Shown one piece after another: positions 29,647 through 39,343 of a stretch of DNA of 64,000 nucleotides (position 1 is its first letter; every line of letters begins with the position of its first letter). The stretch lies in contig RDOB01000007.1 in assembly GCA_011364965.1 (NCBI GenBank), positions 1-64,000 on the forward strand, given 5' to 3'. Under the pieces are notes generated by a model. That model did no database searches, was not told the origin of the DNA, and saw only the letters and a program-made list of their open reading frames with translations. Source of the DNA: Candidatus Heimdallarchaeota archaeon. Lineage in GTDB: Archaea > Asgardarchaeota > Heimdallarchaeia > Hodarchaeales > Hodarchaeaceae. The position numbers and the translations under genes were made by a program.

Positions 29647-30807
29647 ATGTCCAGATTTATTACCCCAGAAAAATTAGATTTATTATTTGAAAAATTAGAA
29701 AGTTTAGGTTTAGATCTCTTGTATCTCTCTGACTCCGAATCACACAGAGATGTCAACATGAAATACATCACTGGACATCCAGAAGATGCAAGTTTGTTTT
29801 TAGATGTGCGAAATCGACAGACAGTTCTGATACCTTGGGATTATCAGATTTCAAAGCAATATTCAGAAGTAAATCAACTTGTGAATATGTCTGATTTTGA
29901 AGGGGGAGTAATAGCTGCGACTATTGAGACACTAAAAGACCTATCAAGAAAAGAAAATCCCAAAATTGGGGTTCCCAAAGATATTCCATATTATTATGTG
30001 AGGCTAATAAATGATCAATTACCTGCTGGGGAAATAATATATGATCCCAATAATATTGATAACGTTCTTGATAAATTACGGGAAACTAAATCTCCATTTG
30101 AAATTAAATTAATACAGGAATCTTTTAAAATTAGTAATACTATTGTTGATAACCTAGAAGAAAAATTTCAAAATTCTAACAATATTAAAACTGAGATGGA
30201 TCTAGCTACATACGTTGAAAATCGGATGCGGCACCTCGGTGCAATGAGTGTTGGTTTTGAGACCTTAGTAGCTTCCAGTGCTCGATCATGGCAGATTCAT
30301 ACCTATCCTCGTGCCCATCCAACTCTTCAAATGAATCGTCCAGGTTTAGCTTTAATCGATTTTGGCGTTAATGCTAAAGGATTAACCTCTGATGTCACAT
30401 TACCTTTTGTGTTTGGAAAGATGAACGAAAAAATGAAGAAGATTGTTGAAACAGTGCAACAAGCACATGATGAATCGGTTGAAAAATTAAAAGAAGCTCT
30501 TTATCTTCATGAAGTAGCTGAGGTTGCATCCTCAATTATAGAACGCGCAGGATACAGTATGCCCCATTCTCTGGGCCATGGGATAGGTTTAACTGTTCAT
30601 GACTCCCCATTTGTACGAAAGAAACCTACTCATGAAGCTCTACTTAAATCATGGGAAGCAGTCAAAATTGAACAAGGAATGATTATAACTATTGAACCTG
30701 GAATCTATGAACAAGATGTAGGTGGTTTTCGTCTCGAGAATGACGTTGTAATAACTTCTAAAGGACCAGAGATTGTAACAAACTCCCGTCCGCTATTTAT
30801 AAATTAA
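29647..30807 (+). CDS. Xaa-Pro peptidase (M24B)
   Basis: IDFG...SDVT, HSLGHGIG, TIEPGIY, GFRLEND; start moved to the ATG of MSRFIT. Confidence 0.9.
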   Translation: MSRFITPEKLDLLFEKLESLGLDLLYLSDSESHRDVNMKYITGHPEDASLFLDVRNRQTVLIPWDYQISKQYSEVNQLVNMSDFEGGVIAATIETLKDLSRKENPKIGVPKDIPYYYVRLINDQLPAGEIIYDPNNIDNVLDKLRETKSPFEIKLIQESFKISNTIVDNLEEKFQNSNNIKTEMDLATYVENRMRHLGAMSVGFETLVASSARSWQIHTYPRAHPTLQMNRPGLALIDFGVNAKGLTSDVTLPFVFGKMNEKMKKIVETVQQAHDESVEKLKEALYLHEVAEVASSIIERAGYSMPHSLGHGIGLTVHDSPFVRKKPTHEALLKSWEAVKIEQGMIITIEPGIYEQDVGGFRLENDVVITSKGPEIVTNSRPLFIN

Positions 30808-30828
30808 TTCATTGACAAAATTTAACTC

Positions 30829-31368
30829 TCAAAAGAAAAATTCAGGTGTTAAAATTTTATGATTTTGATCAGAAAACACTATTGAGAGATTCCATTCATT
30901 CTCTAGGGTTACTCCACAAAGGATAACCTCTATCTTCAGTTTTTTACATTGTTCAAACATTTTAATTTGATTCGGGGAAAAAGAATAGATAAAAGGTGCC
31001 CATGCAGTACTTGAAGTTCTAGATTTTACTTCAATTGTGAATCCACGAAGTCTATCCCTTTTCTCCTGATACATAAATCTTGTTAAACCATCTTTTTGCC
31101 AAAAAAATTGGGTTATGATTTCTTCCGATGTAAGTTCTAAATTATTCTCAACTAAGGAAATTCCAAAGAAATCCATAGTTTGTTGATATTTGTCCAAGAA
31201 ATCAATCAAGTAACCTGTTATTCCCTCTTTTCTAATAATGTCAAGAATAAGCCGAGGCCGAAATATAAGAATCGGAAATTGATTTGTAAGTATATAGCGC
31301 GCGAATTCTTCTGCAATTAGTCCTCTCAAAGCAGTATTTTGTCCATTTTTCAAATTATATGTTATCAT
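30829..31368 (-). CDS. PD-(D/E)XK nuclease-like protein
   Basis: GLIAEE...MDFF...TIEVKSR motif. Confidence 0.5.
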   Translation of the reverse strand: MITYNLKNGQNTALRGLIAEEFARYILTNQFPILIFRPRLILDIIRKEGITGYLIDFLDKYQQTMDFFGISLVENNLELTSEEIITQFFWQKDGLTRFMYQEKRDRLRGFTIEVKSRTSSTAWAPFIYSFSPNQIKMFEQCKKLKIEVILCGVTLENEWNLSIVFSDQNHKILTPEFFF

Positions 31369-31390
31369 TTAATGACACTCAGCTTTCCAA

Positions 31391-32161
31391 TTAGCAAAGG
31401 GAGAGCGTTCCTGATGAAATCGTGACTTTTTTTTCACCGATTTCTAGGATCAACTGCCCATACTTGGTTATGTTAAAAGCTATTCCAGTATATTGTTTTT
31501 CAGGAGTTTGAACTTTGACTTTCATACCTAGAATATTATTTCGTGAACGCCATTTATCCAAGAGTGATTTTATTCCTTGCTCATCAATCATTTTACACAT
31601 TTCTTCAATTTTTAATATAATTTTTCTTGTTAAAATATCCAAGTCAATTTCAATATTTAGTTCTTCTGAAATAGTGGCAATTTGGGTTTGAAGAGAAGGG
31701 GAGTATTGATTTAGAGTGGTGTTAATGTTCAATCCAATACCAATTATTAAATAATTCAATTTCATTTGAGTTGTTTTTCCTTCTACTAATATTCCCCCTA
31801 TTTTTTTCTTATTTGATTTTAGTAGAATGTCATTAGGCCATTTCAAAACAGTATCTACATTATAATCATCTAAAACTTCTGCTACTGCAACAGCGGAGAG
31901 TATAGGAATTACACCAACTAATGGGATCTCAATCTTAGGGATAATTGCTAAAGAACACCACAATCCCCCTCTAGGAGATTCCCAAAATTTGTCCGCTGAC
32001 CCATATCCTGCTGTTTGTACTTCTGAAACTACTGTAAACCCAATATTGTTTTCCTCGATTAATTTTCGTGCGACATTATTGGTAGAACCGACTTCCTGAT
32101 ACTTAAAAATAAGTGGACAAAGTTTAGAGTCAATCCAATATTCATTAATCATAAACCACAC
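31391..32161 (-). CDS. birA: Biotin-protein ligase
   Basis: GSTN, QTAGYG...WESPRG, KWPND, KIGGILVE, GIGLN. Confidence 0.93.
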   Translation of the reverse strand: MWFMINEYWIDSKLCPLIFKYQEVGSTNNVARKLIEENNIGFTVVSEVQTAGYGSADKFWESPRGGLWCSLAIIPKIEIPLVGVIPILSAVAVAEVLDDYNVDTVLKWPNDILLKSNKKKIGGILVEGKTTQMKLNYLIIGIGLNINTTLNQYSPSLQTQIATISEELNIEIDLDILTRKIILKIEEMCKMIDEQGIKSLLDKWRSRNNILGMKVKVQTPEKQYTGIAFNITKYGQLILEIGEKKVTISSGTLSLC

Positions 32162-32325
32162 CTTGTGAAAATCCTGTTAAGCGCATTTGAATACTATAGA
32201 AATAAAAAGTTCCTCCCTCTATTCATAACTAAACTGAAACATTATTACTATTCGATCATTTACTAGAGCATATTATTGTTCAAAGATTCTAAGTAAATTG
32301 ATATGAGTCATCAAATAGGCTTCTT

Positions 32326-32787
32326 TTATCGAAGAAATTGCTTCAATTTATAATAGCTAAAAGTAACAATGGCAATGATTGTTAATGCAAGAAATATGGC
32401 ACCGAAATACCTTTGCTCTGGATTTAATCCACCACCTATAAATCCAAGCGGAATTAAATCCTCAATGATAATAAAAAATCCGAAAAAAGTAACCAAATAC
32501 AAGAGAATATAAATTGATGAGAATGATACTACTTTTTTCAGAGTTGGAATTTGAAATGGATCCCAATCTTCAGCAAGAGTACAGCTTAGTGTAGCTAAAA
32601 TAATTACGACTCCAATGATGGTGCCAATAACTCCGATAAAATATTCATTTAAATCCAAATTTAGAAGAATAATTCCCCAAAATACAACTGGTATTTGTGC
32701 AAGCAGTGACCATCCTAACGATGCTAGAATTAATCCTTTTCCCTCAATTCGTCTCCAATCAAATTGTACAGCAGTTGTCATATCCAA
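32326..32787 (-). CDS. Hypothetical 4-TM membrane protein
   Basis: Four hydrophobic helices; follows PDCD5 on the same strand. Confidence 0.6.
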   Translation of the reverse strand: MDMTTAVQFDWRRIEGKGLILASLGWSLLAQIPVVFWGIILLNLDLNEYFIGVIGTIIGVVIILATLSCTLAEDWDPFQIPTLKKVVSFSSIYILLYLVTFFGFFIIIEDLIPLGFIGGGLNPEQRYFGAIFLALTIIAIVTFSYYKLKQFLR

Positions 32788-32797
32788 GATCCTACTT

Positions 32798-33139
32798 TTA
32801 TCGTCTTTTGAATGTAATTTTTCCTTCTCTCTTTGTTTGAGTAAGTTGTGTAAGTAATTTTTTTAGTTGATTATCTGTTATTTTATTTGTTACACGTCCT
32901 GTGGAAGCAAGTTGTATCAACTGGTTTTCCAGTTTTGTTGCGTATTCAGGTTTAGCCAGTTTGATGTTTGCTAATCTCTCCCTAGCTTCGTTGGTCAAAA
33001 TTCCTTTTAAGATCATCTGGCGTTGATTTTCAATTTGACGCTGCTGCTCCTCTGCTTGTTGAGCTGCCAATTGTTCTTCCTGAAGTTGAGCGAGGCGTTT
33101 TTGTCGGATAGCTTCTAAATCTGAATCTTCTTCAGCCAT
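32798..33139 (-). CDS. PDCD5-like DNA-binding protein
   Basis: LEAIRQKRLAQL, ILTNEARERLANIKLAKPE, ITDNQLK. Confidence 0.95.
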   Translation of the reverse strand: MAEEDSDLEAIRQKRLAQLQEEQLAAQQAEEQQRQIENQRQMILKGILTNEARERLANIKLAKPEYATKLENQLIQLASTGRVTNKITDNQLKKLLTQLTQTKREGKITFKRR

Positions 33140-33273
33140 ATTATATAAACCTCCTCAATAATCGTTCTATTATACATATGAGGATACCTAATTAATTTAA
33201 TTAAGAATCCTAATAATTTATTATAAATTAGTTTCAATAAATAAATTTTACGAACGAAGTTTTATATTAGTAG

Positions 33274-33723
33274 TTAATATATACTTAATTCAGGTAATTC
33301 TTGTTTAATTTTGTAAGCTAAAGTATCTACAAATCTACGTCCTTCAGGAGTAATTATTCGTCCTTCATTACTTGAAGCAATGGTTATATATCCAGCTTTT
33401 TCCAACTGGTGAACTGCCAATCGAATTACAGCCCCAGATCCTAATCTCGCTCTTTCTGGTTTACTGCCTCTGTTTTTTCTACCTCCGTACATCTTTCTTA
33501 GATGAATGATCCCAATGGGTCCATAAATGTAAATTTTCCTTAAAACCGAAGCCACACGAGTGTACCACCAATCTTTCCGTTGCTCAGGAGCGTTTTCATT
33601 TGATACACCAAGTTTAACGTAATCAGCCCATTTTGGTGGAATGAAAATCTTCTCATTTTCCTTCAGTTCTTCAGAGATCGCTTCGATAAGAAGATTGCTT
33701 GGAACCATTTGTGCTGTAACCAT
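33274..33723 (-). CDS. rps19e: Ribosomal protein eS19
   Basis: PPKWADYVKLG, DWWYTRVASVLRK, YGGRKNRG. Confidence 0.97.
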   Translation of the reverse strand: MVTAQMVPSNLLIEAISEELKENEKIFIPPKWADYVKLGVSNENAPEQRKDWWYTRVASVLRKIYIYGPIGIIHLRKMYGGRKNRGSKPERARLGSGAVIRLAVHQLEKAGYITIASSNEGRIITPEGRRFVDTLAYKIKQELPELSIY

Positions 33724-33960
33724 TATTAATTCTCCGTATGAATAGTTAATTATTTGTGAATAATACTCTGAATTGTTTCCTAATTTAACTCTATTAGAGA
33801 TGATTTAATTGGTATTTTTAGTTGTTGTTATTTCTATAGCAAGATCGGAATAGAAGAAAACACACAAAAGATTAAGCCAATTTCCCTCTTTTTTGAAAAT
33901 TCTACTCAATCTGAGTGTTTTTCTTGCATTAAAAGACTAGTCATTGATGAGGATGATATT

Positions 33961-35097
33961 GTGTCATTAAAAGCTGATCAGATGCTACTTTGTATGTTTC
34001 TGTGTTTTTTGGTAAGCATCAATGCTGTATATGAGGGACAAGCATACACTTTACAAAACGAAGATCCAATTGTTGTTCTTTTTGATGAAGGACATGGCCA
34101 ATTTTTTAATCGTACACTCTATCAACAGGCAATTAGCGTTTTAATTGATAGTGGGAAAAAAGTCGTTTTCAGTACCGAAAAAGAATTCAATAGATCAAGC
34201 TTTGAGGGCATAGACATCTTTGTAAGTACAAATCCCAAGAATTCCTTCTCCTTTGAAGAGAGGTATTTCATTCGTGAATTCATTCAAGAAGGAAAGTCTA
34301 TATTACTTCTCGCAAATCCTCTTGTAGAAAATAATGAAACATTAAATGGCCGTGGGGATAAGCTAAATGATGTCTTAACTGACCCTGAAGTGGGTATTCT
34401 AGCGGAATTTTGGACCCGACCTGATGATGTTGGGAGCGTAAAATCCGCCAATGTCGTACAAAATGAATTTTATAATCTTGGTAGACCCGAATATATTAAA
34501 ATCGAAGTAAATAGCTCTGTACACGAGATTTTATCATTAAATGAAAATGTAACATCTATTGTCACTTACTCATGTTCAATTAAGTCCCCTTTGCAAGATG
34601 TATTAATTGCTCCTTCCTATGCTATCAGTAAAACCACTCATAATGAAATCTATGACTATGCTTCAGATATAACACTTATCAGTACAGCAGGGCGACAAAC
34701 TGAAGCAAAAATACTACTTGGTGGTTCTTCAATCATGTTCAGTGATCTTACTGATGCTTTATTGGGAAACAAGACTTGGTTCGAAAGCGAAAACAATTCA
34801 GTACTTTGGGAAAATATGTTTGATTGGTTGGCTGAAATAGAGGAAAGCGAGTCTGCCGACTTAAATACACTTGAAACAGCTTTCATTCCTCTGCTGACGC
34901 TTTCTGTAACCTCAATACTCTCTATAGCGTTTGGAAGCGTTATTTATTCATATGGTTCTGGTAAAAAAATAGTAATAACAAAAAGTATTGAATCCTCTGT
35001 CGAAGCAAGAGAAGCCACCGAGGAAAAACCTCAACTTTCAAGCAGAGAAAGACGCCTTCAACAGATCAAAAGACAGAGGAGAAACAGGAGAGAATAA
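33961..35097 (+). CDS. Secreted, membrane-anchored GIFT/GldG-like protein
   Basis: Signal peptide; VLFDEGHGQ, GIDIFV, FSFEE...IREFIQEGKSILL; C-terminal TM plus basic tail. Confidence 0.65.
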   Translation: MSLKADQMLLCMFLCFLVSINAVYEGQAYTLQNEDPIVVLFDEGHGQFFNRTLYQQAISVLIDSGKKVVFSTEKEFNRSSFEGIDIFVSTNPKNSFSFEERYFIREFIQEGKSILLLANPLVENNETLNGRGDKLNDVLTDPEVGILAEFWTRPDDVGSVKSANVVQNEFYNLGRPEYIKIEVNSSVHEILSLNENVTSIVTYSCSIKSPLQDVLIAPSYAISKTTHNEIYDYASDITLISTAGRQTEAKILLGGSSIMFSDLTDALLGNKTWFESENNSVLWENMFDWLAEIEESESADLNTLETAFIPLLTLSVTSILSIAFGSVIYSYGSGKKIVITKSIESSVEAREATEEKPQLSSRERRLQQIKRQRRNRRE

Positions 35098-35098
35098 A

Positions 35099-35383
35099 AT
35101 GGGCCGTAAACGCAAGCGAATCGTAAGAACAAAACCCATTCCAACATTACCCACAGTTTTTGATTGTCCAGTTTGTGGAACTTCAAATTCAGTGCATATC
35201 GATGTTAATCGTGACATTAGAACCGCTGTAATTTCCTGTGGAAAGTGCCGAATTCAGATTTCGCGTCCAATAAAGCCGATAGAAGAACGGGTTGACGTAT
35301 ATGGAGACTGGTTAGATCATCTTTTAGAGGATTCCAAGGCCGATGAGGCAAATAATTCAGATGAGATCGAATCAGCTGATTGA
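35099..35383 (+). CDS. elf1: Transcription elongation factor Elf1
   Basis: MGRKRK...LPTVFDCPVCG...CGKC...VDVYGDWLD. Confidence 0.9.
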   Translation: MGRKRKRIVRTKPIPTLPTVFDCPVCGTSNSVHIDVNRDIRTAVISCGKCRIQISRPIKPIEERVDVYGDWLDHLLEDSKADEANNSDEIESAD

Positions 35384-36054
35384 GAAAGTCACATTTTATG
35401 GGAAAGAACGGTATGGAACAAGAGACGAAAAGAAAGATCATCCATATTTCAATGGGATTTTTAGCTCTATTATTAATCATATTTCCAAGATGGCTTGCAT
35501 TAATATTTGTACTTATCGCGTTAGGTTTTATTCTTGTCATTGCTCGCCCTTCGGTATGGAAAAGCGGTTTTGATGCAATGGCTTCTAGGGAAGAAGATCA
35601 AAGGTCAGGTTTGCTACATGGACCAACCCTTTACATTATCATGGTTTTGATTTTGATTTTGTTCTTTGACATGCGAATTGCAGGAGCAGTATTTGCAATA
35701 ATGGCATTTGGTGATGGATTTGCTAATGTAATTGGAACACGATTTGGGAAGCATCGATACCCAACATTCGAAAATAAAAGTTTTGAGGGATTAATTGCAT
35801 TTATCTTTTTCGCGTTTATTAGTTCCTCTCTTGCCTTTCTTCTTATCTCAGTAAACCCTGATTACGCATCATGGATACAACTTCTAAATATTAAAGAACC
35901 TACAGAAATATCTTCCCTAAACGTATTTAGCATTTGTTTTATTGTCTCTACAATCGCAGGATTAATAGAACTTACTTCAAGTCGGATACTAAATGATAAT
36001 ATCACCGTTCCAATCATAAGTGGATTTCTCATGACCCTTCTTTTGAATTTTTGA
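35380..36054 (+). CDS. Dolichol/phytol kinase family membrane protein
   Basis: RKIIH, FGDGFANVIG, NKSFEG, NDNITVP. Confidence 0.85.
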   Translation: MRKSHFMGKNGMEQETKRKIIHISMGFLALLLIIFPRWLALIFVLIALGFILVIARPSVWKSGFDAMASREEDQRSGLLHGPTLYIIMVLILILFFDMRIAGAVFAIMAFGDGFANVIGTRFGKHRYPTFENKSFEGLIAFIFFAFISSSLAFLLISVNPDYASWIQLLNIKEPTEISSLNVFSICFIVSTIAGLIELTSSRILNDNITVPIISGFLMTLLLNF

Positions 36055-36644
36055 TAATTATGATACGCTATCTAATTCCTATAACTGGAAGGCCCAATGC
36101 AGGAAAAACCTCTCTTCTAAACTTTCTAGGAAGGATGAGTAGACCAGTTGGGAAACATGCAGGAACCACTCTTCAAATCGAGACCATTCCAATATATCGA
36201 AATCTGAGTTTTGTCGATTTTCCTGGTTTTGGACGAGCTGCAAAGAAATCTAAGCGGATCGAAGAGAAAATTAAAAATAATATCATCCAGTTTATCGATA
36301 ATCCAGAAAACAACTTTCTGTTTGGCTTACACATAATCGATGCGTCCACGTTTCCAATCGTGGTCCATTCACTTGAAAAAAAGGGAATAATACCCATTGA
36401 TATTGAAATGATCTCATTTGTTTCCGAAAATACAAAACACCCAATATTTATTATTTTTAATAAGATTGATAAAGTTAAAATCTCTTTTATGAAACAAAAT
36501 CTGGTAATCCTAAAAAGTTATGAGCTTCCAGAATATGAATTGTTTCAGGTTTCATTGAAATCGAAGGAAGGATGTAATAATCTACGTAATCGCGTCAAGA
36601 ATCAAATTATTAAAGAATTAGGCGTATCTTACCAACATTGGTAG
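36051..36644 (+). CDS. engB: EngB-like GTPase
   Basis: GRPNAGKTS, HAGTT, VDFPGFG, PIDIEM, NKIDK. Confidence 0.85.
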   Translation: MIIMIRYLIPITGRPNAGKTSLLNFLGRMSRPVGKHAGTTLQIETIPIYRNLSFVDFPGFGRAAKKSKRIEEKIKNNIIQFIDNPENNFLFGLHIIDASTFPIVVHSLEKKGIIPIDIEMISFVSENTKHPIFIIFNKIDKVKISFMKQNLVILKSYELPEYELFQVSLKSKEGCNNLRNRVKNQIIKELGVSYQHW

Positions 36645-36834
36645 AGAAATATCCAATTTTAAGGAAAATATGATGAATTAGGCTGCAGATACAAATTGAA
36701 TTATACCTAAAAGTAATCTTATTAATTTTCTTAAGTTTAAGGGATTTCCCAAATATGTAATTGTTTTGGAATATAAAAATAACACAAGTAATCAATAGAT
36801 GAGAATAAATGTATAAAACTAGTAATATTGTAAA

Positions 36835-39039
36835 GTGGTAATAAAGAAATCACTAGTAATAGCATCAGAATCCATCCAACGAGTATTTTATGTTATCTAT
36901 GAGGAATTGAACTTGAGTAATATTGAAGAACTCATTCTTAAAATCTCTGAGAAAACTGGCTTATCGAGAGGGCAGATAAAACAGAAAATTGAAGAAAAAA
37001 AAGAAGAATTGGGATTTTTTGTAAACGATATTGCAGCTGCGCATATCATTGCAAAAGATCTTGATGTAGCCTTAGGCCAATCCAAATTTAAAAAACCTAA
37101 ACTCACAATTAAAAGCTTAAAAAGCATGGAACCAGGCTTACCAGGAATCGAGTTGACTGGGGTGGTATATAGAATATATCATCCTATCGAATTTACCAAA
37201 GGAGAAGGTAAAAACATACTTGTACCTCTTCTACTACATGATGGGACTGATAGTATCCGATTATTGCTATGGGGAAACCAAGCGCGATTAATAACTGAAA
37301 ATCGCATTCAACGAGGATCAGTAATTCGAATAAAACAAGCTTACACAAAAATCGGAAGAACACAAGAGCTCGAGCTCCATATTGGAGATAAAGGTCTAGT
37401 AGAAATTGAAAAAGATTCTGAAACAGAATACCCAGATCCTGAAAATGATATTATGCAGCTCGATGTGATTGACGAAGAAATGCAGGAAATCGACATACAA
37501 GCTACCGTAGTAAGCGTGGGGAATATTGTAACATTCAATCGAACAGATGGGTCTGAAGGGAGAGTAACTAATCTACTTCTAAAAGGAGAAAGAGTGACAA
37601 GGCGAATGGTATTTTGGGATAAAAGGGTGGATGAAGCATTCAATTTTACTAGAGGTGATATCCTGTTAATTCAAGCAGCTAATGTGAAAATGGATCGTGA
37701 TGGCAATCCTGAACTACATGCCTCAGGCGCAACATACACCAAGAAAATTGGTCATAAAACCATGCTTTCTATTGAGGAGAAAAGAGCTGATGTCAGTACG
37801 TCTCAAGAAATTGTTGAAAGAAAGATAAAAGATCTTCAAACAAGTGATAACTTGGTGTCAGTAATAGTCCGAAAGGGGCCAGTAGGTAAGGTATCCAGTT
37901 TTACGAGGAAAGATGGCACTGATGGAGCAGTTCAAAGAGCTGTGATCTTTGATGAAACTGGTGAAATAACATTGGTTTTATGGAATAATTCAATTGATGC
38001 TTATGATGGATTAGAGGATAATGCGTTCAAAGCTTATCCATTAAGAGTTAATGTTTCACGGTACAAAACACTCGAGTTACATTCAACATTTGGGACAGAA
38101 TTTACACCTCTTGAGTCTTCTAAAATTTCAGAAGACCCTCCAATTCAAGATATTCAAGATATTAGTCCAAAACAAGGATTAATATCTATACAGGGTGTTA
38201 TTCAAGAGATATCAGAAACAAGAGAATTTATTCGAAATGATGGAAATAAAGGTCGTGTGTGCTCATTAACAATAGCTGACAACACTGGAGCTACGCGAAT
38301 AGTAGCTTGGGGAGATAATGTGGACAAAATTCACGATATTCAAGAGAAAGAAATGAAATATGTAAAAATATTTTTTGGAGGAGTACGTCAGCGCGATACT
38401 GATGAATTAGAAGTCCATTTAACCTCGCAAAGCCACATTAGACCTTCGTCTCGCGTTCCTGAAGCTTTGAGAGACATTTCAACAATAGAAAAATCTTCTA
38501 GTGTATCAAAACCTCAAGTAGAGTATAAAAAAATAAGACTTTCAGAGCTAAACGAGACTGAAGATGATAAACTAATAGAAGTTTTAGGGAAAATGACCCG
38601 TATCTTTCAGCAAACCCCTTATTATTATGCATGCCCAGAATGCCGGAAAAAAGTGGATGAATTAGAAACAGGATGGATATGTGCAGAACATGGAATTGTT
38701 GAACCAGATATTCGATTCCGATTATCAGGAGTAATTGATGACGGAACTGGAACCATTCGCACCACATTCTTTGGATTATCTGGAGAAATCCTTACAGGTA
38801 TGAGTGGAAAAGACATCAAAGCGTTGATTAAGAATGGATTGAGTGATGATGAAATTTTTACTTCTGTTCAACAAGAAGCAGAGGGAAAAACCGTTCTGAT
38901 TCAAGGTAGAGTGCAATTGCAAACACGTGAAGTACAAGGTGAAACCATGCAGAGCCAGACATTATTTGCAAATCGAGTCCGAATGCCGCATGCAAAAACC
39001 ATTGCAGAAGATTTAATTGCAGAACTAGAGGAGTCCTGA
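36835..39039 (+). CDS. rpa: Replication protein A, large subunit (multiple OB folds plus Zn finger); probable TTG start at 36913
   Basis: Repeated F.R.DG..G.V...D.TG...W OB motifs; YYACPECRKK...CAEHG. Confidence 0.9.
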   Translation: MVIKKSLVIASESIQRVFYVIYEELNLSNIEELILKISEKTGLSRGQIKQKIEEKKEELGFFVNDIAAAHIIAKDLDVALGQSKFKKPKLTIKSLKSMEPGLPGIELTGVVYRIYHPIEFTKGEGKNILVPLLLHDGTDSIRLLLWGNQARLITENRIQRGSVIRIKQAYTKIGRTQELELHIGDKGLVEIEKDSETEYPDPENDIMQLDVIDEEMQEIDIQATVVSVGNIVTFNRTDGSEGRVTNLLLKGERVTRRMVFWDKRVDEAFNFTRGDILLIQAANVKMDRDGNPELHASGATYTKKIGHKTMLSIEEKRADVSTSQEIVERKIKDLQTSDNLVSVIVRKGPVGKVSSFTRKDGTDGAVQRAVIFDETGEITLVLWNNSIDAYDGLEDNAFKAYPLRVNVSRYKTLELHSTFGTEFTPLESSKISEDPPIQDIQDISPKQGLISIQGVIQEISETREFIRNDGNKGRVCSLTIADNTGATRIVAWGDNVDKIHDIQEKEMKYVKIFFGGVRQRDTDELEVHLTSQSHIRPSSRVPEALRDISTIEKSSSVSKPQVEYKKIRLSELNETEDDKLIEVLGKMTRIFQQTPYYYACPECRKKVDELETGWICAEHGIVEPDIRFRLSGVIDDGTGTIRTTFFGLSGEILTGMSGKDIKALIKNGLSDDEIFTSVQQEAEGKTVLIQGRVQLQTREVQGETMQSQTLFANRVRMPHAKTIAEDLIAELEES

Positions 39040-39123
39040 ATGGTCATTTAATGATTTGAATAATAGCTTACAAGTCAATAATTATGAATCTTTTGATTAT
39101 CCCTGAAAGAAGATAAAAAGTGA

Positions 39124-39258
39124 TAGGAACGGAGGGAATTTCAGATCTTCTGAATTCAGAGGACCTTTTGAACCCCCGACCTCTTGGACCCAAACCAAGA
39201 ATCATCTAGCCCCTGACTTGCCTGAAGTACAGGTAAAACCAAGCTAGACTACGTTCCT
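39124..39258 (-). tRNA. tRNA-Pro(TGG) with two non-canonical introns (D-loop ~39206-39234, T-loop 39138-39166)
   Basis: Acceptor AGGAACG/CGTTCCT; anticodon arm CTTGG-TTTGGGT-CCAAG; bulge-helix-bulge (BHB) motifs at both insertions. Confidence 0.9.
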
Positions 39259-39343
39259 GACGCTTTTGATCTATTTCCTCATCTCTCAGGATACAATTTA
39301 CTATTTTCCTTTATCTAATATAATCTTTTGCGTGATTCCCTAA

